This document shows, in pieces, positions 12,727 to 25,215 of a stretch of 64,000 nucleotides of DNA. The first letter of the stretch is position 1; each line of letters starts with the position of its first letter. Below the pieces are notes generated by a model. That model made no database searches, was not told the origin of the DNA, and was given only the letters and a program-made list of their open reading frames with translations. Made by a program: the position numbers and the translations under genes. The stretch comes from Chrysomallon squamiferum (taxonomy: Eukaryota; Animalia; Mollusca), in the NCBI GenBank assembly GCA_012295275.1, contig CM022678.1:3658001-3722000 (forward strand), read 5' to 3'.

Positions 12727-13289
12727 AAGCAATGAAAAACAAGAAATTTAAAAAAATGAAATGAAATAACTAAATAAAATGTTATACAGTTAGAAGCTTT
12801 GTGTTTTTCTAAAATTTTTTCAAAGATTGAAAGTGTGACAATTAGAAAGGAGAGGATGGAATGCAGGAAGACTTTCCATGAAAGAAATATCATTACGTTT
12901 AACATCATTGATGAAATAATTTTTTTTCCTACGGAGAATTTCAGTTAATAAACAATTTTATTTTTTATTTTTATTTTTTTTATTATTATTATTTTCTTTT
13001 TGACGATACAGTACACTTTTTGGCCAGAAAGACGAAATCACTAGGTATCAAGAAAATAAAAATAACTGGACACAGAGATAATAAAAGTAAGTAGATAGGC
13101 AGAAAATAAAAATTCCTATAGAGAAAAAAATACAACAACAACAGATAACGAGAAAATAACTGTACAGAAAGACAACGCACTCATGTATGGTGTATTAGTA
13201 CAGGGTCATGCAATTAATCTACATGTACGTGGGATTGCGGTTTGACTAAGACAGAAACGGCTAGATTACAAATGTATGTAATGCATGTT

Positions 13290-14371
13290 TATCCGTAGTT
13301 CGCACGTTAATCGTTCAGCTGGAAACAAGGAGAATTTGAAACCTTCATAGTTACACTCATTGTGAGATAATAGAAAAATATCGTTAACTGGTATTGAAGA
13401 TAATATCATTAATACTGGCTGCTTTTCTGTGTGAAGCACTAGATCAGATTACAAAGTTTAATGTCAAACTTCTGTTCATTATTATTATGTATGTGTCTCT
13501 TTGCGTGTGTGTATGTATTTCTATTTGTATGTAAAAAACAGAATATTTATTTAATGACCACACAGTTCTTTTGTCCAATGGAAGAAAAAAATAAAATAAA
13601 AATAAATAAAACAATGCAAAAGAGATTTAGAAAAATGAAATGAAATGAAATAAATAAAATGCTATATAGTCAGAAGCTTTGTATTTTTCTAAAACTACAC
13701 CTCACTTTAGAAGATTGAAAGTGTGACAATTAGAAAGGAGAGGATGGATTGTAGGAAGCCTTTCCGTGTAAGAATTATCATTTGTTTTAATATTATTGAT
13801 GAAATGATTTTATTTTTTCCTACAGAGAATTTCAGTTAACAAACAAAGTTTTATTATTATTATTATTATTATATGTGCAAGTTAACATTTTTTTTCTTTT
13901 TTTTTTCTTTACGGTACAGTGCAATATAATTGTGTGCCTTCAGTTTGATTGAAGAAACTCTTTAGTATTCTTCCTTCATATTATTTGATTTCACCCATGA
14001 TTTTTTGTCTGATTTTATTATTTCCTTTCTTTACTTCATTGTTAATATTATTAATATCATAATCATTGTTGATGTTGTTGTTGGTGTTGTACTTCTCCTT
14101 CTTGTTGTTATTCTTATTACTAATCTTATTATATATATATATATATATATATTTGTTTTTTTGTGTGTGTGTTTTTTTTTTGCAGTCTGTAATACATGAA
14201 TACATACCTAGACAGATCGCATGTTAATCGAGTTCACGACTGAGTTATAGACGAGGTTCATAGTTAGAGAATAGAAAAATATAGTTAACGGGCATTGAAG
14301 ATATCAATACTGATACTGCCTGCTTTTCTGTGTCAAACAGTAGATCATATTTCAAAGTTTATTACTTCTGT

Positions 14372-14402
<31 letters not shown>

Positions 14403-15135
14403 CATTAATATTATTATTAATTTTATTTTTGTTTTTTTCTACTGTATGCAATACATGCATAGTACTTAGACAAACCGCACGCTAAACGTGGTCACGTTTG
14501 AGTGGTAAACAAGCACATGCTGAAACCTGTGTAGTTACACTCATTGTTAGAGAACAGAAAAATGTGGTTAACGGGTATTGAAGATAATATCCGTAGTTCA
14601 CACGTTAATCGTTCAGCTGGAAACAAGGAGAATTTGAAACCTTCATAGTTACACTCATTGTGAGATAATAGAAAAATATCGTTAACTGGTATTGAAGATA
14701 ATATCATTAATACTGGCTGCTTTTCTGTGTGAAGCACTAGATCAGATTACAAAGTTTAATGTCAAACTTCTGTTCATTATTATTATGTATGTGTCTCTTT
14801 GCGTGTGTGTATGTATTTCTATTTGTATGTAAAAAACAGAATATTTATTTAATGACCACACAGTTCTTTAGTCCAATGGAAGAAAAAAAAAATAAAATAA
14901 AAATAAATAAAACAATGCAAAAGAGATTTAGAAAAATGAAATAAATAAAATGCTATATAGTCAGAAGCTTTGTATTTTTCTAAAACTACACCTCACTTTA
15001 GAAGATTGAAAATATGACAATTAGAAAGGAGAGGATGGATTGTAGGAAGCCTTTCCGTGTAAGAATTATCATTACTTTTAATATTATTGATGAAATGATT
15101 TTATTTTTTCCTACAGAGAATTTCAGTTAACAAAG

Positions 15136-15185
<50 letters not shown>

Positions 15186-15659
15186 GTGCAAGTTAACATT
15201 TTTTTTTTTCTTTTTTCTTTACGGTACAGTGCAATATAATTGTGTGCCTTCAGTTTGATTGAAGAAACTCTTTAGTATTCTTCCTTCATATTATTTGATT
15301 TCACCCATGATTTTTTTTCTTTACTTCATTGTTAATATTATTAATATCATAATCATTGTTGATGTTGTTGTTGGTGTTGTACTTCTCCTTCTTGTTGTTA
15401 TTCTTATTACTAATCTTATTATATATATATATATATATATTTGTTTTTTTGTGTGTGTGGTTTTTTTTTGCAGTCTGTAATACATGAATACATACCTAGA
15501 CAGATCGCATGTTAATCGAGTTCACGACTGAGTTATAGACAAGGTTCATAGTTAGAGAATAGAAAAATATAGTTAACGGGCATTGAAGATATGAATACTG
15601 ATACTGCCTGCTTTTCTGTGTCAAACAGTAGATCATATTTCAAAGTTTATTACTTCTGT

Positions 15660-15707
<48 letters not shown>

Positions 15708-15895
15708 GTAATTTTGTTTTTATTATTACATTTGGTTTTTTCTATTGTATGTAATACATGCATATTACTTAGACAGACCGCACGTTAAACGCGGTCACGT
15801 TTGAGTGGTAAACAAGCACATGTTGAAACCTGTGTAGTTACACTCATTGTTAGAGAACATAAAACTATGGTTAACGGGTACTGAAGATAATCTCA
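13290..15895 (+). repeat. Direct tandem duplication, ~1.3 kb unit x2
   Basis: Near-identical spurious ORFs at 13461 and 14759 (offset 1298). The copies differ mainly in microsatellite lengths. Confidence 0.9.
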
Positions 15896-16181
15896 TTAAT
15901 ACTGAATATTTGACATAGTTATTTATTTTTAGTTTACATGCATGACTGTTAGAAGCATATCTATGCAGGTGTTTTATTAAGGATCGTCTTTGAATATAAA
16001 TGTATTTTAAAAAATCCAAAACGAATAAAACTCTGATCCAAGTACCCAGTAGGAAATCTCCAGCGTCAAACCCACCTCAAGTACTGAGAACAGTAAATAA
16101 ATAAATAAATAAATAAATGAATGAATGAAAGAATAAACAAATAAATGAATAAATGAAAGAATGAATGAATGAATGAATGAA

Positions 16182-16259
<78 letters not shown>

Positions 16260-16704
16260 CTAACTCCCCTTATTACCGAGATAACAAAACACCCCGAATC
16301 TGTGACGTGTCGCTTTGTAAAAGATCACCCGATATATCCAAGCGGGTTACTGACAGAACGATCAGACGACATATTCTTCTCTGCGAATTTGTTAGTCTAC
16401 AAGGTTGGAGATTTTCTTGCATTTAAAACACAGGTAAGTCAAATTTATACTATACTGTTCTGTGTTGTGACTGTTGATTGTTTATTTATTTCACAGTAAA
16501 CCTAGTTATTAACTGTGTTTGTTGACCTCGAACACCAGCACTCGAAACTCGTCTCGTTAGTATTTTTCTCGCACAAATGTTGTACGATGGAATATACTAG
16601 AGAACCAGAAAAGAACAGTATTATTTTTATTAAATTATTTATTTATTTGATTGTTACATGATATAGTTAAATAAACAAATAAATAAACAAAAGGAACAAT
16701 AATA

Positions 16705-17076
16705 ATGACGAGCGAACAGTTATAGAAATAATAATGCATTCTTTGTTCAGTTATCTTATAAAATAGTGGATAGAGGAATAAAATATCTACGAAATAACTG
16801 ATTATTTGAAAATACAAAACAGAATTTAATATATATTTATTAATTTCTTCAAATATTAATGATGATGTAATTGAGTTTAACTGGTAAGATGCAAAAGATG
16901 TAGAACAATTATCATAAGCCACGGGTTAAAATATGTTTAATATTTAGATAACGTTAATAAAGTAATAAGTTAATTTGTATATACAAATTTGCTATAATTC
17001 TAATCGGTTACTGAGCTGTAACTCATAATGAATAAAAAGGATATTCTTTTGTTTGCTGTGATCTTTTATTTTTGAA

Positions 17077-17136
<60 letters not shown>

Positions 17137-18209
17137 TAACTGTTTAATATGGAGTATCTTTTAGAAATTATTTTTGACAACTGGTGATGAAAGATTTAAG
17201 TTATTGTTAAATTTCTTAGTTTCACTAATTAAAATTATTTATTAAATTACATTATTGCTATGAATTAAAAAATTAAATGGAAGATAAATAATACGACATC
17301 AACTGATTTTGTAAATGTTTGAGAATGAAAGGTTTATTATTAATAGTCAGTTTTCTCTGTCGTTACATTTTAAAATAAAGAAGCTCACTGCTCAAGGTCA
17401 CTGTTACTTTAAGACAAGATCATTGTCACGAGATCTAGTAACGTTCCACTTTATAATACTTAACGTGTTTTGTCACGTAGACCCGATTTAGGAAAAAAAA
17501 AACCCCAAGACTGTTGTTATTATTACCCATGTTTTCATATTTACTGAGTTTTGTATATTTAGAAACGTTTCTACACAACTGAAGTAATCGCATTATCATC
17601 CATCAAAGAAGACTGATTTTAAAGCAGTCGATATTACAATTCATTATTATTGTTTCAGTATGTTTGTGATTTCTTGCTTTTACTTAATTATAATTTAAAA
17701 CTCATAACCACGTGTTGGTAGACAGTTTATTTAGTGGCAGATTTGTAATTATTTATTTATGTACTATTATTTTTGCAGGGTTTGTTTTTAATATCTTTTC
17801 GATCAAGTATACAGACAGTTTGAAAAACGTGCTATACATAGAACTGGTGTAAAACGTGTTTACATTGTCACCAAGCAAAAACAGTAACACACTACGTGGA
17901 AACCTGTGACGTGTCATCTTATGTCACCTGACATATCTAAGCGTACCAATCACAGAGCGAGCAGGCGAAGAATTTCTGGCAACTCGTTAGTTGGCACCAG
18001 TCCAGTTTACTGCGATTTCGTCAGACAGGTAGGGGTACCTTATACTACACTGTTATTAGTAGTGACTGTTGATGGTTTATTTATTTCAAAGTATAAAATT
18101 AATAATTTTATTTTATTTGTTTGATTGTTTGTTTGTTTGTTTATTTATTTATTTATTTATATTTCGTCGTTTTATTATGAACTAATACAATTGCCTCAAA
18201 AATAAAAAA

Positions 18210-18249
<40 letters not shown>

Positions 18250-19044
18250 CACTTATTTATTTTATAATATTTTACTATATCGTTTTCATAAAAATGTCAA
18301 AATATATCTTTGTGTAATGATAAACAACGTTATAAAAAATAACGGCACCAATAAAAGAAGTGGTGTCAAAGTATAACTGTGTTGACGAACTAACATGTTG
18401 TAAAAATAATAATTTATAATGTGTGTTCTGTTGTAAAATAGCCAATGGAGGAATAAATATCTTCGGAATAACTGATTATTTAAAAATACAAAATTAAATT
18501 TAACTACTTTCGTCAAATATTAATGTAAATTAGTTTATTTAAAAGGTTAGAAAGTTATGATTTTTACTTTTGATTTCTTCTTTCTTTCTTCTTCTTCTTC
18601 TTCTTCTTCTTCTTATTATTATTATATTTTTTTGATCGTTAAATTTGGAATTTCTTCTTATTAATATCTTTTGACAAAGTCATGAAACATTCACATTGTT
18701 AAATATTTCGACTTCATTAAACGAACATTTTATTATTTTATTAAATTACATACCTGCGAAAAATTAAATTAAAGGATAAATACTACGATGCAAACAATTT
18801 TGTCATTATCTAAGAATAAATGTTTCGTTATTAAAACTTAATGGTAAAATCAGAAAGGTCAGTGTTACTTTAAGGTGAGATCATTGTCACGAGGTCTAAA
18901 CATTTGAAATACTTAATGTGAGTTTTGTCACGTAGATACGAATAAGCAAAGAAAAGTATACTTTTTCTAGTGATTATTATTTTCTTAATTAAAAATAAAT
19001 AAATGTGTGTTTCTTTGTTGTTTATTTATTTCTTTTTTTATAAA

Positions 19045-19077
<33 letters not shown>

Positions 19078-19572
19078 TTGTTTTCTTGATTGTTTAAATT
19101 TGTAATTTCTTCTCATTAATATTTTTTTGGACAAGGTCGTGAAACATTCACATTGTTAAATATTTCGACTTTTATTAAATTACATGTCTGCGAAAAATTA
19201 AATCAACGAACAGTTTATAGAAATAATAATGCATTCTTTGTTCAGTTATCTTATAAAAATAGTGAATGGAAGAATAAAATATCTACGAAATAACTGATTA
19301 TTTGAAAGTACAAAACAGAATTTAATATATATTTGTTAATTTCTTCAAATATTAATGATGATGTAATTGAGTTTAATTGGTAAGGTGCAAAAGATGTAGA
19401 ACAATTATCATAAGCCACGGGTTAAAATATGTTTAATATTTAGAAAACGTTAATAAAGTAATAAGTTAATTTGTATATACAAATTTGCTATAATTCTAAT
19501 CGGTTACTGAGCTGTAAGTTATAATGAATAAAAAGGATATTCTTTTGTTTGTTGTGATGTTTTATTTTTGGA

Positions 19573-19613
<41 letters not shown>

Positions 19614-20701
19614 GATTATTATTATTATTATTATTATTTAACTGTTTAATATGGAGTATCTTTTAGAAATTATTCTTGACAACTGGTGATGAAAGATTCA
19701 AGTTATTGTTAAATTTCGTAGTTTCACTAATTAAAATTATTTAGTAAATTACATTATTGCTATGAATTAAAAAATTAAATGGAAGATAAATAATACGACA
19801 TCAACTGATTTTGTAAATGTTTGAGAATGAAAGGTTTATTATTAATAGTCAGTTTTCTCTGTCGTTACATTTTAAAATAAAGAAGCTCACTGCTCAAGGT
19901 CACTGTTACTTTAAGACAAGATCATTGTCACGAGATCTAGTCACGTTCCACTTTATAATACTTAACGTGTTTTGTCACGTAGACCCGATTTAGGAAAAAA
20001 AAAAAACCAAGACTGTTGTTATTATTACCCATGTTTTCATATTTACTGAGTTTTGTATATTTAGAAACGTTTCTACACAACTGAAGTAATCGCATTATCA
20101 TCCATCAAAGAAGACTGATTTTAAAGCAGTCGATATTACAATTCATTATTATTGTTTCAGTATGTTTGTGATTTCTTGCTTTTACTTAATTATAATTTAA
20201 AACTCATAACCACGTGTTGGTAGACAGTTTATTTAGTGGCAGATTTGTAATTATTTATTTATGTACTATTATTTTTGCAGGGTTTGTTTTTAATATCTTT
20301 TCGATCAAGTATACAGACAGTTTGAAAAACGTGCTATACATAGAACTGGTGTAAAACGTGTTTACATTGTCACCAAGCAAAAACAGTAACACACTACGTG
20401 GAAACCTGTGACGTGTCATCTTATGTCACCTGACATATCTAAGCGTACGAATCACAGAGCGAGCAGGCGACGTAGAATTTCTGGCAACTCGTTAGTTGGC
20501 ACCAGTCCAGTTTACTGCGATTTCGTCAGACAGGTAGGGGTACCTTATGCTACACTGGTATTAGTAGTGACTGTTGATGGTTTATTTATTTCAAAGTATA
20601 AAATTAATAATTTTATTTTATTTGTTTGGTTGTTTGTTTGTTTGTTTATTTATTTATTTATTTATATTTCGTCGTTTTATTATGAACTAATACAATTACC
20701 T

Positions 20702-20747
<46 letters not shown>

Positions 20748-21103
20748 CACTTATTTATTTTATTATATTTTACTATATCGTTTTCATAAAAAAGTCAAAA
20801 TATATCTTTGTGTAATGATAAACAACGTTATAAAAAATAACGGCACCAATAAAAGAAGTGGTGTCAAAGTATAACTGTGTTGACGAACTAACATGTTGTA
20901 AAAATAATAATTTATAATGTGTGTTCTGTTGTAAAATAGCCAATGGAGGAATAAATATCTTCGGAATAACTGATTATTTAAAAATACAAAATTAAATTTA
21001 ACTACTTTCGTCAAATATTAATGTAAATTAGTTTATTTAAAAAGTTAGAAAGTTATGATTTTTACTTTTGATTTCTTCTTTCTTTCTTCTTCTTCTTCTT
21101 CTT

Positions 21104-21134
<31 letters not shown>

Positions 21135-22666
21135 TTATTATTATTATATTTTTTTGATCGTTAAATTTGGAATTTCTTCTTATTAATATCTTTTGACAAA
21201 GTCATGAAACATTCACATTGTTAAATATTTCGACTTCATTAAACGAACATTTTATTATTTTATTAAATTACATACCTGCGAAAAATTAAATTAAAGGATA
21301 AATACTACGATGCAAACAATTTTGTCATTATCTAAGAATAAATGTTTCGTTATTAAAACTTAATGGTAAAATCAGAAAGGTCAGTGTTACTTTAAGGTGA
21401 GATCATTGTCACGAGGTCTAAACATTTGAAATACTTAATGTGAGTTTTGTCACGTAGATACGAATAAGCAAAGAAAAGTATACTTTTTCTAGTGATTATT
21501 ATTTTCTTAATTAAAAATAAATAAATGTGTGTTTCTTTGTTGTTTATTTATTTCTTTTTTTATAAAATTATTATTATTATTATTATTATTATTATTTAAC
21601 TGTTTAATATGGAGTATCTTTTAGAAATTATTCTTGACAACTGGTGATGAAAGATTCAAGTTATTGTTAAATTTCGTAGTTTCACTAATTAAAATTATTT
21701 AGTAAATTACATTATTGCTATGAATTAAAAAATTAAATGGAAGATAAATAATACGACATCAACTGATTTTGTAAATGTTTGAGAATGAAAGGTTTATTAT
21801 TAATAGTCAGTTTTCTCTGTCGTTACATTTTAAAATAAAGAAGCTCACTGCTCAAGGTCACTGTTACTTTAAGACAAGATCATTGTCACGAGATCTAGTC
21901 ACGTTCCACTTTATAATACTTAACGTGTTTTGTCACGTAGACCCGATTTAGGAAAAAAAACAACCCCAAGACTGTTGTTATTATTACCCATGTTTTCATA
22001 TTTACTGAGTTTTGTATATTTAGAAACGTTTCTACACAACTGAAGTAATCGCATTATCATCCATCAAAGAAGACTGATTTTAAAGCAGTCGATATTACAA
22101 TTCATTATTATTGTTTCAGTATGTTTGTGATTTCTTGCTTTTACTTAATTATAATTTAAAACTCATAACCACGTGTTGGTAGACAGTTTATTTAGTGGCA
22201 GATTTGTAATTATTTATTTATGTACTATTATTTTTGCAGGGTTTGTTTTTAATATCTTTTCGATCAAGTATACAGACAGTTTGAAAAACGTGCTATACAT
22301 AGAACTGGTGTAAAACGTGTTTACATTGTCACCAAGCAAAAACAGTAACACACTACGTGGAAACCTGTGACGTGTCATCTTATGTCACCTGACATATCTA
22401 AGCGTACGAATCACAGAGCGAGCAGGCGACGTAGAATTTCTGGCAACTCGTTAGTTGGCACCAGTCCAGTTTACTGCGATTTCGTCAGACAGGTAGGGGT
22501 ACCTTATACTACACTGTTATTAGTAGTGACTGTTGATGGTTTATTTATTTCAAAGTATAAAATTAATAATTTTATTTTATTTGTTTGATTGTTTGTTTGT
22601 TTGTTTATTTATTTATTTATTTATGTTTCGTCGTTTTATTATGAACTAATACAATTGCCTCAAAAA

Positions 22667-22702
<36 letters not shown>

Positions 22703-23064
22703 CATTTATTTATTTTATGATATTTTACTGTCGTTTTCATTGAATAATAAAAAGTCAAAATATATCTTTTGTGTAATGATAATAAAAAATAAAAAGTAAT
22801 AACAAAAAAAATAAAACGGCACCAATAATAGAAGCGCGGTCTAAGTATAACTGTGTTGACGAACTAACATTCATTAAAAATAATAATTTATAATGTGTGT
22901 TCTGTTGTAAAATAGCCAATGGAGGCATAAATATCTTCGGAATAACTGATTATTTAAAAATACAAAATTAAAGTTAACTACTTTCGTCAAATATTAATGT
23001 AAATTAGTTTATTTAAAAAGTTAGAAAGTTATGATTTTCACTTTTGATTTCTTCTTTCTTTCTT

Positions 23065-23095
<31 letters not shown>

Positions 23096-23130
23096 TTATT
23101 ATTATTAACTTTGGAGATCTTTCTTTAAGT
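16705..23130 (+). repeat. Direct tandem triplication, ~2.5 kb unit (third copy truncated)
   Basis: The same sequence recurs at 17906, 20408 and 22367 (offsets 2502 and 1959). The third copy starts within an (ATT)n tract. Confidence 0.9.
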
Positions 23131-23134
23131 AAAA

Positions 23135-23196
<62 letters not shown>

Positions 23197-23229
23197 ATAA
23201 TAATAATAATAATAAAAAATACGAAAAGA

Positions 23230-23374
23230 ATACCCTAAAAATTTAAAAAGTAAAAAATAAAAAATAAAAGATAGAATGTTTAAAAAAATAAAAATAAAAT
23301 AAAATAAAATAAATAATAACAATAATAGGAATAACAACACCAACAACAACAGCAATAATAACAATAATAATAAT

Positions 23375-23430
<56 letters not shown>

Positions 23431-25215
23431 TTAACCTGCTTTGTTTTATATAATTATACTCATTCTTCATATTTACATTTGCCAAATCAACCCTCCTTCC
23501 CAACCTCAGCCCCACGGTTCTTATCTTGACCCCCAGTTCCTAAAACAAATTTCTATGACTGTCAAGATACGCTAGAATAGTCAGCTGGAATTACACACAG
23601 CGCTTTTAAAGTTTAAATTTAAACAAATCTTTCGTAGCACAAGTCACACATCAAGAATCTTTGTAACTAGGAAATCGAAACTTCATAACTAACACAACTA
23701 ATAAATAAAGTCAGTTTATTCCTCCATCTTGTAAATTATTATTATTATTATATAGAATTATAAATTAATTAGACAACAGAAAATTTATTTTTTCAATGTT
23801 TGATTTCTAATTTTCTAATAGTGTTGTAATTGACCTGACTAGTTATCGTGGAGTTTCCAATGGTGTGATTTGTATCTATTTATAGGTCACCTCGGTGAAT
23901 ATGTAAACTCTTATCTGTGAAGAAAGATCCCACTAATCAGTTGAATTCATTGCATTGATAATACAAATATTATTTACCATGACTTAGTGTCAGACATAAC
24001 ATATATTTATTTTAATATCATCATTTATTAATGTTTCTCTTTCTTGCACCTCCCAAAATAATTTTCGAATATTTTTATACATCTGATCTTAATAAGGTTG
24101 ACACCGGTTTATTAGTTATATTGTTGTTCAAGGAAAGAACGCCTGCACTTCCTTGTCGATATCAACTTGTTTTTTCTTCAAACAATTCATTCCTTACGAT
24201 AAGTCAGTAATTTATAAATTAATTTGATAAAAAAAAATTTGTTTTCTTAATGTTTGATTAATAATTTTTATATAGTGTTGTAATTTACCGGATCAGTCAT
24301 CGTGGAGTTTCCAGTCCTGTGATTTGTATCTATTTATAGATCACCTCGGTGTATACGTAAATTGTCATCTATGAAGAAACATCCCACTAGTCAGATGAAT
24401 TCATTAGACTGATAATAACAATATTATATACCATGATTTGTGTCAGACATCAGATATATTTAATTTATTATCATCATTTATTAATTTGTCTCTTTTCTCG
24501 ACCTTACAATATCTTTTTCTCATATTTTATACATTTGATCTTAACAAGGTTGACACCGGTTTATTAGTTATATTGTTGGGACAGGAAAGAACGCCAACAC
24601 TTCCTTGTCGATATCAACTTGTTTTTCCTTGAAAAAATTCATTTCTTACGGTAAGTCAGTAATTTTCTGATGTTTAAGTGGTTTATACTTTCGTTTAGAA
24701 ACAAATACGACATCAGAAAATATATTTCCTGTAAAATCAGAGTTAAAGTTAAATGTTCTACGTCTTAGTTTCAGTTTCGAAAATATCTCTTAGTAAGGAT
24801 TAATAATAATAATTATAATAATGATGATACTACAACAACAACAACAACAACTACTACTACTACTACTAGTAGCAGTAGTAGTAGTAATAATAATAATGAT
24901 AATAATAATAACAACAATAACAACAACTACAACACCAGCACTAATGATTATTATTATGGTTGTTGTTGTTGTTATTGTTTAATTAGTTTTTATCAAGTTA
25001 CTGGCAATTAAAATTAACATTTTATTCGGTTTTCATAATTGAATAATGATAACCATTGTATGTAGGCACATAACAGACTTGCAGTTTACCAAATTAGAAA
25101 ATAATTCTTATGGAAGGACATACACAGTCTACGATCACTCTTTCCAAACCTCTGCCCCACTGAACTTATTACTGTACAGAATTTTAAATTAAATTTATAA
25201 ATAAAAAAATAATAA
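23230..25215 (+). promoter_or_regulatory. Shared upstream block (copy 1) with ISRE/IRF-like motifs and tandem ~470 bp units ending in donor-like sites
   Basis: Homologous to ~34350-36360, ~41150-42900 and, diverged, ~50160-50900. Contains GAAATCGAAACT (23671-23682), AGTTTCAGTTTC (24767-24778), TGGAGTTTCC (23849-23858) and cttacg|GTAAGT (~24651). Regulatory function is inferred. Confidence 0.45.

Noticed and set aside
17906-22588. Repeated MTCHLMSPDISK ORFs as a small protein family
   Set aside because: GTG starts, variable ends and no recognisable domain. Recurrence is explained by DNA triplication.
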